NCBI RefSeq assembly: GCF_001194135.2
Contig: NC_069001.1
Coordinates: forward strand, 21,618,810-21,682,809
Reading direction: 5' to 3'
DNA from: Octopus bimaculoides
Lineage: Eukaryota
DNA: 64,000 bases
Shown in pieces: positions 1 to 11,459 of the stretch (within the stretch, counting starts at the first letter, position 1; every line of letters starts with the position of its first letter). Made by a program: the position numbers and the translations under genes. The notes beneath the pieces were generated by a model. It had not been told where the DNA came from. It saw nothing but the letters and a program-made list of their open reading frames with translations, and searched no databases.

Positions 1-59
1 TATATATATATATATGTACACGTACATACATACAGACACACAGACAGGGAGAACGGGAT

Positions 60-115
60 GTCATACAGTTTCCGTTTACCGAGTTCACTCACAAGGCTTT
101 AATCTGCCCGAAGTT
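60..115 (-). mobile_element. SINE family B fragment (3' body)
   Basis: cagtttccgtttaccgagttcactcacaaggcttt is the reverse complement of the body of the more complete copies at 28213-28372 and 5484-5640. Confidence 0.7.
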
Positions 116-239
116 ATGATCAGCTTCATAGATAAATGTGTTGATTATTTTTTTGTTTGTTCTTGTTTTGATTAGTAAAGACAGATTTTCTAGCAATATT
201 TTTCAGGTCCTTTTTTAAACAAGTTTATAAGCCTGAGAG

Positions 240-430
240 TACACCACTGAAAAGTTAAAGGACATGGGTTCCACATTGGAAACTACTGATCTAAAGTATA
301 ATTTTTTTCATGTCCCCTGAAAAATTACCGTGGAACCCCCAATTTACTATATTATATCCGTGGACCACAAAAGACTTATGTGAACCTCCAGGGTCTATGT
401 GGAACCTGCATAAGAACCACTGCCCTGGAG
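240..430. mobile_element. Degenerate hAT/Charlie-like MITE remnant(s)
   Basis: End motifs ggttccacattggaaactactg and ...aagaaccactg resemble hAT-type (CAGTG...CACTG) termini and the 3' end of the MITE at 8640-8890. Confidence 0.4.
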
Positions 431-2802
431 TATATTTCCTCTATGATTTCTTCCGATATTCTATAGTGATTGTTTATAGATTTCATTTATATCGGTATTT
501 CTTGATGGCAGAATCACGTCAACTGCATGAAATTTGTAAATCTGTTGTGCGTGTATATGTTTTTCTCTGAACTAATGCTATCTATTTTGCTTCGTCACCT
601 GCGCTTTCATTACATTTACCTATTGGATTATGCTTCATAAGATGATTGTGGTACTTTCTGATGGAAAGTTTTCAATTATGTGCTGTAATGAAAAAAAAAA
701 AAAACAGTAGTTTTAGTTAATAGTTATTAGCAGTATTATTCCTGATAAATAGACAATTGTATGATTAGTTCAATTGTAGTATTCTGTCTGTAGACAAATG
801 CAAGTATTGGCATGATTAGAAACATTTTTGCCTACTTGTCATATCTAGAAAGCAATAGCGCTAATCACCAATTCATAGATATTGCAATTGTTGGTAAAAG
901 TTAATTCGCCTGAAATCTGAAAACTAACGAATCATATAAGAAAATGTCGAATAACCAACTGTAAACTAACTGTGATATATCGCCCACTTCGGAAAGTTCC
1001 ATCCAAAATCAGTCATTGGTTTGTATTATAGAATTAAATTTCTTTGCTAGATGTTTCAATCTTTGTATTACGAAACTTACTCTGAGAAAAGTGAAATAAC
1101 TCTCCTGATTACAACAAAATAGAGCAACAAAAATAAAAGAAATAAGAATAGTAAAACGTAATTATATGTAAATAAAATACATTACTCACAGAAATATGTT
1201 ATCTTGATGATTGCATTTTGATGATATTATATAGTTTTAGTAGAAGTATTTTATCTGAACATATAACCGAAAGAAAACAAATTGAGTTCCACACATATCA
1301 CCATTGTATAACGAAACACTGTATGCCCTTGCAAAGTTAACCTTCTCAGAAACACACATCAGAATTAACATATATATGGGAAATGGATGATTGAAATGTA
1401 TTATCTTTATCTTGATATAGATGCCAATGGCAACAAGTTCTGCTTTATCAAATTCTATAACATTAAATTGAAATCAATACGTGATCACATATTATTCGTT
1501 CTGTTTACTGTATCAACTTCTCATTTCATCGGAACATCAATTGGTTGGTAACTCGTTAGTTTTAAAACAAGAGAGGTGAATATGATAATATGAAATATAT
1601 ACATTTATTTACATCCAATCTATTTCTACGTTGTTAGAGTTTTGTATAAATATCTGCTTTATTTTTTTCTGATGAAACTTCTGAAGATTTGTGATGGTCA
1701 AGTAACGAAATAGCAAATGTTAGGAATCGGTTCCAATCTGCATAGTGTTCTTTCTGTCTGTCCGATATATTACTACTTGGCTCAGTTGATCGTAAAAAAT
1801 TATATTCTACCACAGATTAGAGTTACAAACACGAGAAAAAAACAACAAAAAACAAGTAGACCCTTTACGTTACTTTTCCTATAACTGCTACAAACATTAT
1901 TTTATGTCAAAACTCATCTCAGTGACATACGATTTTATTTCTTTTTCTGATTATTTTATCTCATTTTACCTGCTTCAATATCTTTGGAGTGTAATGTGAA
2001 GCGTATTGGCATACTATTGCTAGCATATCAAGCAACTAAATCGATGCTTTATTATGATCTCGTTTTGCAAATATTGGTGGAAATAGTATTTAGGTTGTTG
2101 TACCTAATTCCACGGTATATTGACCATATGTTTATTTGAAATGTCAAGATAATTTATTACAGAAGAAAAATAATTAACAGTTTCTGCTAATAATTGGTTG
2201 ATTCACACCTATTTCATTAAAAAATACACTTATAAATCTGTGAGTCGAATGAAATGTATTTAGAAAGTATATTTTTATTCTATTTATGAGATGGTTATAG
2301 TGTTCAAAGAAATGAATATTGCAACTTACATATTAAGGGGGTTTATTGTTAATGCCAATACATTTCAGTAGTGGGTGGCAGATTAGATAGGAATCTAGAG
2401 AACATGTCTTGCATCGTTAAAATATGTACTATCAAGCGACTTGAGTCCTACCAACGAACCATGATTATGAGCAAAATTTAGGGCGGTTTCACAATCTTAA
2501 AAATTATTTTTGTTATCTTACATATGCACGATATTTATATAGTAGGATATAATCGAATGTAAATACCACCTACTTTGTTAGATAACAACAATACAGTATG
2601 AGTGGTCCATTATAAGGTTCCATTCAGCATCACAAGGAAATAATTCCTAACATCACCGATTATGACATAAGTGAACACAATATCACGTAACGACAAAATA
2701 ATCTCCTTCAAAGTCCTTTTGTCGTTGAAGTTGGTTGAAGCTCATCGAAAAGGTTTTCAAGTACGACGAAATGAAATGTTTATTTGAAATAATTGTTTTG
2801 AA

Positions 2803-2803
2803 A

Positions 2804-2854
<51 letters not shown>

Positions 2855-2861
2855 CTCTCTT

Positions 2862-2912
<51 letters not shown>

Positions 2913-2914
2913 CT

Positions 2915-2978
<64 letters not shown>
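2803..2978. repeat. Compound microsatellite (CT)n-(CTAT)n-(ATAG)n with internal strand switch
   Basis: Direct reading: about 12 CTAT units (2863-2910) followed by about 16 ATAG units (2915-2978). Confidence 0.95.
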
Positions 2979-3960
<982 letters not shown>

Positions 3961-4238
3961 AAGAGAGTTACAGGAAGCTAGCTGGTTATTTTAGCAACAC
4001 CTTTCCGTGCCTGTCCACTCCACACACGCTCACACACACGCACATCAACAACATTCGTTTATTTTCTTGAAAATGTGTCACAACCTCGAAATATTGAATA
4101 CAAGGTAAGTATACATTAATTCATATATTTGTTTTCTTGTGATTTACCTTGCATTTACTTCGCATTTTTGTGGCCTTATCCACGATCCTTTATATATATA
4201 TATATATATNNNNNNNNNNTGGCCTTATCCACGATCCT

Positions 4239-4312
<74 letters not shown>

Positions 4313-4313
4313 A

Positions 4314-5003
4314 CACAGGTATGCAGGAAGTAAATAGACACCTTAATTTTTCAAAATCTTTTATTTAATACGCAAAACGAACAATTGAAATCTAATCGAT
4401 AGGTAGGACTACATACTTTAGTATTTAGTTGACATTCACTTTGCAGGTTTTAATTCAGAAACTCTTTTTGACATTAAACCGATGAGCTTTGTGATTGTCA
4501 CTTGTGGAATTTCTGCCCACTTTTCATGCAACAATCGAAGCAATTCATCTTTAGATTTAGGTTTCTGTTGAGGTTTTCGTATAGCTCTATCTAGTATGCT
4601 CCAAAGATTTTCAATTGAGTTCATGTCAGGAGATTGGCTCGGCCAAAGATGCATTTTGATCCCATTTTAAGTCAGCCATTGTTGATTCTTTTCACTGTGT
4701 GGCATGGAGCACCATCTTCCATGAATAAAAACTCATTCTTCGTTATGCTATCATGTGAATACATCGGAAGTAGTCCTTGCCTAAATATTTCGATGTATTT
4801 TTCAGAGTTTATGGTTCCAACACATTCGATCAGTTCAGAACGACCATTGCTAGTGACAGCTCCCCATACCATTACAGAGATACCGCCATGTTTCACAGTT
4901 GGTTGGAGTCGTTTCAAATCAAATTCTTGATTGGGAAACCTGCAGACCCTCCGGCTTTCGAACCACATTCTATATACGTAAATGCCTGCATTCAGATAAT
5001 TTA
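4314..5003 (-). mobile_element. Tc1 (DD34E) transposon remnant: catalytic domain, 3' end and one terminal repeat
   Basis: [24 protein letters not shown] and WPSQSPDMNSIENLW motifs; restoring one deleted base gives 34 residues between the second D and the E; TA followed by a CACAGGTATGC... terminus at about 4312-4340. Pseudogenised. Confidence 0.92.
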
Positions 5004-5483
5004 ACTGCCGGCGAAATTCCAGGATCTAGACTGATGATTATAACAAGAAGACGCGATGCTAACAGTCGCAGATGATAGATCGTCATCATAGGATGATTAC
5101 ATTGATTTTTCTGAGGATTTCGATAAATTTATGGTTTTGAAAAGATTACTAATGTAAATATGCTGGACGTTAAATTGGATCTTATGCGCAAAATCTATAA
5201 AGCGAGTGGAAAATTAAACTAAATTCACAGCTCTCGAATCACCCTGGATCCTTAATTATTGGGTTTTGTTCAGAATATCTCCATTACGCTTTTCAAAATT
5301 CAGCTAATGGGAAAGAGTTGAAGGATAATGTCAGGCATTACAATAACGTTTTTAAAGAAGTACTACAAGCAACTATTAACAAATGTAACAAATGTTTTAT
5401 TCAGAGAATGCATAAGACTAATGTTTTACGAGTGAAAGATGTGTAGCAGTACAAACAATAAGAGTATAGTAAATGCAGCCGCC

Positions 5484-5640
5484 ATCGTGGGTATATGGTA
5501 AGAAGTTTCATTCCCAACCACTTGGTTCCGGGTTCCGTTCTACTGCATGGCACCTTGAACAAGTCCTTCTACTATAGCTCCGGACAGACCAAAGATTTGC
5601 AAGTGTATTTGGTAGATGAAAACTGAAGAACGCCCGACGT
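5484..5640 (+). mobile_element. tRNA-derived SINE family B
   Basis: A-box-like tggtaagaag, B-box-like ggttccgttc, body ...gtagatgaaaactgaagaacgcccg, then a microsatellite tail; matches 28213-28372. Confidence 0.8.
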
Positions 5641-5669
5641 GTGTGTGTGTGCATATATATATATATATA

Positions 5670-5829
5670 TATCTGTAAAAATATATGACACTTATTCAGT
5701 AGCCATGATAAAACTCCGAAATAACTGGCCGGATAACTGAAGAGATGTTGGCATGGGCTCCCACCCTGGCATCCGAAACTCGGAGTTTTATCATGGGTAC
5801 TGAATAAGTGTCACATATTTTTACAGATA
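5670..5829. mobile_element. 160-bp foldback (48-bp inverted arms, 2 mismatches, TA at both ends) containing a hammerhead motif; probably a PLE terminus/retrozyme-like unit
   Basis: Arms 5672-5719 and 5780-5827 are reverse complements (46/48). Confidence 0.75.
5732..5792 (+). ncRNA. Type I hammerhead ribozyme motif (minimal helix III)
   Basis: gataa (helix I) CTGAAGA; helix II gatgttgg/ctggcatc with G-U pairs; one extra C; GAAA; C-tcgga-G; GTT triplet; then ttatc pairing with gataa. Confidence 0.7.
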
Positions 5830-6141
5830 ATTTCCTCTATTTGTATAATATCGAGGTCTCTTTCTTTTGTTGTCCTTCCTGTCAAATATATATATATATT
5901 TATATATATATATATATATATATACACTCACTTATATATGTATAGTTATATATACATGCATATAAACACACACTCACACATACATATATATAAAGAATTA
6001 ATATCTACAAGGAAATAAGATATAATGTCATAAATATTTATGATTCTGTCTCTTTAAAAGCCAAAACAATGCAATTTATAAAACTAAAACTGGTTGTAAC
6101 TTTTACTTATTATTTCAATATTTCAGAGGTTTCACTCCTTC

Positions 6142-6143
<2 letters not shown>

Positions 6144-6220
<77 letters not shown>
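6144..6220. repeat. (CTAT)n microsatellite
   Basis: Direct reading. Confidence 0.95.
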
Positions 6221-6221
<1 letters not shown>

Positions 6222-6799
6222 AGTGTGATTGTGTATGTATTTGTGTGTGTGTAGATGCCTGAGTGTGTGTCTGTGCGCATGTGTATATTTGTTTATGTGT
6301 CTCTGTGTGTCTTTCTGTTCGTGTTTGTCTTTTTAGATCGCTTGAGAAACAGTGTTGATTTGTTTATTTACATCTCCTTAAGGCAACCGGTTCGGCACAA
6401 AAAGGGAACGTCAGAGATGGCCATAGTGCAATGACTGAAAGAAGTAAGGAAAATAGAAGGTAGAAGATGCATTTAAAGAGAGGCAATTATACAGAAAAAA
6501 AAAAACTTTTACTCTTAAACTAATGTAAATATAATTATAAATAAAATTACAAATAATAATGCATCATTAAGTCAGGTACAAATAACATTGTAACACCAAT
6601 TTTGTTTTTCTAAATCTTTTCAATGTTTCTTGGTGTTTCTCTTCTCCTGATTTCACAAATACCCTTAGAGCTTTGCCTACCATCGATATTTTAAGAGATA
6701 ATCATGGTTTTATATTGGAAGAAAACGATACTCGGTTGCGGTAGTGCTTTATTGACCTTATTCACATTGTGCGACAATATCAATCCTGTAACTCTTTTG

Positions 6800-8200
6800 T
6801 AATCACCTTTTGCATCTCTGCTAAACAGAAAATGTAAGTAGGCATATGATGAGATTACACTATAAACGCATTAAAGATCGTGTTTTCCTACTTTGAGCTC
6901 CTTTATCTTTAAGGGCAAGTGACCATATATAGTCTCCCACCATGGCAGTGTCCAATCTTGCTTGTTATCTCTTCTCTATTGCAGCAATGTCTTCGTTGGC
7001 CCGACCTAAGTTTTCAGAAATCTAAATGTGAACGGAAAAATTCACAGCTTAAGTTCTGCCAACAGAACTTAAGCTGTGAACTTAAGCTTTGCCAACAGTT
7101 GCTTGTAGTTGGGATGTTTGTTGTTACCTAGGAAACCATGCACCCTGCCACAATATGCATCCTCTTTGCCTTTTCAAGTTTTTCTGACCTTAATATTGTC
7201 CTTATCTGCGGTCCAGTAATAATGCCACCCTTAACCTTTGTCTCAGATGGCTTTGGAAAGAGTAAACGAATTTCTCGAAAGGCTTATCCTCCATGTTCTA
7301 AAGCTTTCACAAGCTGTTTGACCGAACCCAGTTTTATGTGAAGTGGAAGTAACAAAACCTTGGCACGCTCTACAGGAGGTGGTCTTGTAACATTTTATTT
7401 TCCCGGCTGCATGTTATTTCGTAGGTCACCTAAATTTTCAGTAATGTTCATGATCAGCTCAGTTGTCTCATATACAAAGCGAACGCAAATATTCTCTGTA
7501 TCCCCTCTGCAATCCAAGCAAGAAAGCAAGCATCTTAAAATCACCACAAACAGCCTACTTATAGTTCGTATAGTTTACTTTCAGAAGAAGCTTTTTGACA
7601 TTTTCATATTTCTCCTTCATCTGTACAAAGTATGCGATAGGCAGAGATGGATACTGATTTCCGTTGTGCAGTAAAAGTGTTTGGGGGCTTATAGCTGAGA
7701 TGTCTATGAAAAGTCGCCATTCTTTAATGTCATGATCAATTCCAATAGTTACAAACAAGCTATTTATTTTCCTTGCAGAAACAGATCTTCACAAATCTAA
7801 TAGTAAACTTCAAATTCCACATCTCGTTTCTTGTACGCTATTTATTTGCAGTCCTGTGCCAATAAATTCCATTTTTTCAGCCTAGATGAATGCTAAAAGT
7901 TCATCTCCTGACTTGGTGAGGCCTAAGTCTCGATGGGATCATCCAGTTCACGTTGATTTGGAAAGTGTGGGCGTACTCATTCTGGGCCTGAACGCTTCGT
8001 TCATTTGGTTGCTGCTACTTAATACTCTCCTGATGACACTTCCAAAGTATATTCTACCTGACAAGATAAAGTGTTCGCATATAATAACTTGAATCATAGT
8101 ATGAATCTTATTAGTATGCATAACACTAAAACAAAACTGAGCTAAATGCTTTTAATCTTTGAATTTTGGTTATTTTATCTAGCATATGAAATTTAAAGTT
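6800..8200 (-). mobile_element. Degenerate Chapaev-3-like (CMC) DNA transposon, transposase remnant, copy 1
   Basis: Minus-strand motifs EWRLFID, LLHNGNQYPSLPIAY..MKEKYENVK and FLGNNKHPNY match the transposase family also seen at 25837-27940; many stops and frameshifts. Family name is from recall of the Chapaev3 signature. Boundaries approximate. Confidence 0.7.
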
Positions 8201-8227
8201 TCCATTTTCCAAATTCACTCACAATTA

Positions 8228-8300
8228 ATTGGTTGGCCCAGGGTTTATAGCAGAAAACACTTGCCCAATGAATACTTTTTAACCCCACAGCCATGTCTGC
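8228..8300 (-). mobile_element. SINE family B fragment
   Basis: ttggcccagggtttatagcagaaaacacttgccca matches the reverse complement of the family B body. Confidence 0.6.
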
Positions 8301-8639
8301 ACAAATAGTTATAATGTATCTATTGAGTAAATATCATGTTTAGTTCTCAGGAACGAAATGCGATAGACGTAAACAGTGAAGCCTGCAGCAATATTAGCGT
8401 TTGCAATGATAGATACAACATATAGAATAACAGTAAATCTGAAACAGTGTGTGACTATTAATACAAGAAACCAAGAATATAGTATTCAGAACATTAGGAA
8501 AGATGTAGCATGTTATAATTCTCTATTCTTATATCGAATTAGAAGACATATAATAAAACATATATAAAAATAAAACTCGCATATCCTTACTTTTGTTTTC
8601 TTGTGTTGTTTAAGTATTTCCTGTACTCCTCGTTTAGTA

Positions 8640-8890
8640 CAGTGTTTCTTAACCAGGTTTTACCTATGAACCACTTTGAGTCTTATTTTATTCGGGTGAG
8701 CGCTCCTAGCCATTCGATGTCTAAAAGATCCTTATAGCTTTATGATGTAATATTATTAGGAATATAGAAATAAATTATTAAAATATTTTGGATATTTGAG
8801 AAGTACAAACAATTTATTGCAGATAAATTTTAACAACAACATCTTATAAGAATCCCTAAGGGCCATATAGACCCCGGTTGAGAAACACAC
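8640..8890. mobile_element. hAT/Charlie-like MITE (about 250 bp)
   Basis: Termini cagtgtttcttaacc (8640-8654) and ggttgagaaacac (8876-8888) form an imperfect terminal inverted repeat; AT-rich noncoding interior. Confidence 0.65.
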
Positions 8891-9040
8891 ATACATACAT
8901 ACGTATAGAGCTAAGCGCATTATGAAACCATTAAGGTAAAATTTAGTTGTCAATAAATGCGACTGGGGATGCTGAATAACACCTATATTGCAAGAAATAA
9001 GAGTTAAAATCCAAGAGGCTGCATGAAACGCACACACACA

Positions 9041-9093
<53 letters not shown>

Positions 9094-9151
9094 TACACGC
9101 ATATACACCTACAAGAGAGATAACCACCGCATGAGCGCAGATAAGTGCACT

Positions 9152-9196
9152 GGATTAGACCAGTTTCGTCTGTTTGTTGCAGACTCGTTAGCAGTG
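9152..9196 (-). ncRNA. Degenerate hammerhead ribozyme motif (G5A core variant)
   Basis: Minus strand reads cactg CTAACGA gtct-gcaacaaac-agac GAAA C-TG-GTC taatcc. Confidence 0.65.
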
Positions 9197-9290
9197 TCTA
9201 CCCACTGTTCGGATGGTTTGGCTAAATTCGTCTATCAGTATATATTTACGACTGATTTAGCGAAATGCTAATGTTTATACTAAAAATTAG

Positions 9291-9336
9291 GCACTACTGA
9301 AAAGTCTACAACTAACAGACGAAACTAGTCTAGTCC
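9291..9336 (+). ncRNA. Hammerhead ribozyme motif (G8A core variant) with palindromic ACTAGT helix III
   Basis: acta CTGAAAA gtct-acaactaac-agac GAAA C-TA-GTC tagt; GUC triplet ends at 9330; helix I acta/tagt. Confidence 0.75.
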
Positions 9337-9439
9337 ATTGTTCCTAGCATTGCTCTAAATTTGGGAAGTAGTTATTGACTTAGCTGAGAAAGCATCTCGC
9401 TGTCTCTGTCACCTCATTCATGATATGTGGTAAATGTGT

Positions 9440-9716
9440 GCGTAAGTGGCACTCTGTCGGTTACAACGACGAATGTTCCAGCCAACTCGTGAAATTAACA
9501 TGCAAGTGGCCGAGCACTCCACAGACACACGTACCCCTTAATGTAGTTTTCAGGGAGATTCAGTACGACAAGAATGCGACAAGGCAGGTATTACACATTT
9601 TTGCCAGCTGAATGGAATAGAGTATCATGAAATAAAGTACGTTGCTCAAGGATGCAGCCGACCCACGACCTTACGATCGTGAGCCGAATGCTCTAGCCAC
9701 TAAGCCACGCGCCTTC
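9440..9716 (-). mobile_element. tRNA-derived SINE family C
   Basis: Minus strand begins gaaggcgcgtggcttagtggctagagcattcggctcacgatcgtaaggtcgtgg (tRNA-like head with A-box TGGCTTAGTGG), followed by a SINE-like body. Confidence 0.75.
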
Positions 9717-9795
9717 TCTCTGTCTGTCTGTCTGTCTGTCTCTCCCTATATANNNNNNNNNNNNNNNNNNNNNNNNNNNNNNNNNNNNNNNNNNN

Positions 9796-9841
<46 letters not shown>

Positions 9842-10315
9842 AATTATAATCAAGGATAAAATCTATATATATATATCAAGGATAAATCTGTTTTATTCAC
9901 ACACACACACACACATATATATATCTCCATATTATGAAGTCGTAGTTAATGGCCGGTCAGAGAGTTAACACCGGTTTCACATCCATAACTGCACTTAACA
10001 GAATAGGCAACACAGCAGAGCGGCTAGCCGTAGGCACATAACCGCTTTACAGATGTACGTAAAAATAGAGTCTTGGTCAGCTTGGTGATGAAAAAACTCT
10101 GAATCGATAATTTTAGTTTAAATTGGGTGCACCTCTGAACGAGACCCTTAATTGCGTGTATTAGATAATCGACCGGACCTATGGGATTACATGAAATGCT
10201 TTACGAATTTAAGGAAGATCCTTCATTCGCAGGTTTCGACGTTCATTGAGAAGAATAAGGCAAACCAATGATCTTACGGTGGAGCTTTCTTTTGTGGGTT
10301 TAGGTCCTGTTACAT

Positions 10316-10474
10316 TATAAATGTTCGTGGCCTGGGACCACCCTGGAAGTAAGTTCGCCGGTTCATTGACATCAGGTCACTAGATATGGATGTGACAGCC
10401 GTCGGGTGAGACCAACATTTTCGACACACAAGTTCTAATTCCTATTTTCGACGTCTTTGAGATCTCTTCGTCGG
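10316..10474 (+). repeat. 159-bp exact inverted copy of 11630-11788 (Tx1 endonuclease start)
   Basis: Base-by-base identity with the reverse complement of 11630-11788; encodes INVRGL. Confidence 0.95.
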
Positions 10475-10554
10475 TCCTTAAACTCGCAGGTGGTAATTGG
10501 GGAGCACAGTGTCAGTAATGTCTTTCTTGGAGGACTGTTTCGATATCCCTTTAC

Positions 10555-11070
10555 TGACACCCCTCACAAGCTTCTAACCGCAAAAAGGCGAGAGACTGTT
10601 TTAATATACGATAGCCTATCATTCTGTTTGTGATAGGACCTGTCGAACATGTCCTCAAATTGAACGTAACATCTAAAACATTAACTTCCTTAAAATTGAT
10701 CTCAATTGTAACCTTAAGACGAAGGGAGGTAAGGGTGTGAGCTACGTCCTTCCTAAGCCTATCCAACTATGAAATGCATGGCATCTCTATATAGGTAAAG
10801 CGCAATCTGAATTTTTAAGGAGACGTTTATCGAGGAAAACTTGCACTGCAAAGAGTTGGAAGACTTACCGAATCTCAGTTTGGAGTTGATGACCAGTAGG
10901 TCCGCTTGGAAGGCCTGAAGGCCTTTGATTCTGGGTGAGACGCTTCTGGGTCTGATGTTGTAACTTTGAAGCTCCGAGAGTAGTGTAACTTTGTCATAAA
11001 AGTATGCCTTCCATCTCATCTTAGACCGATGGCCTTCTCGAGAAACATACCCATGAAATCCTTATGTTGA
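10555..11070 (-). mobile_element. Penelope-like element RT fragment (internally deleted)
   Basis: MRWKAYFY motif and LKVTIEINFKEVNVLDVTFNL (RT motif ..FLDVTFNL) typical of PLE reverse transcriptases. Confidence 0.75.
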
Positions 11071-11271
11071 GGATTAATATAATTACTAAAGTAACATTAA
11101 AATATATCAGCATAAAAATATAACATTATAATAATATATCTTAATAATATATATTCTCCGATTTACAGCGACGTTCTTTAAATATAAATAAATTATTATA
11201 CTATGAGACTTCCATAACATCTTTCTCTCCGTAGCTTACAAAGCCCTTCTGGTTTGTTTACCAAATATTAA

Positions 11272-11400
11272 GGCGGTGAGCTGGAAGAAACGTTAGCACG
11301 CCGGACGAAATGCAAAGCGGTATTTCGTCCGTCTTTACGTTCTGAGTTCAAATTCCGTTGAGGTCAACTTTCCCTTTCATCCTTTCGGGATCGATAGATG
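11272..11400 (+). mobile_element. tRNA-derived SINE family A
   Basis: ggcggtgagctgg head, gagttcaaattcc B-box-like motif and ttcatcctttcggg-tcgata core shared by more than ten copies in the window. Confidence 0.85.
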
Positions 11401-11459
11401 GTGTTCAAGTTGTCCAGTAGTACTAAATGGCGTGACATCTCAAAGTAAATCTCCAAACG

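Noticed and set aside
4060-4110. ATG...CAAG|GTAAGT, a strong splice donor after a short open frame
   Set aside because: No recognisable product, acceptor or linked exon; such motifs are expected by chance in 64 kb.
4161-4262. Direct repeat tggccttatccacgatccttta(ta)n on both sides of a 10-N gap
   Set aside because: Typical unmerged contig overlap at a scaffold gap; probably an assembly artefact.
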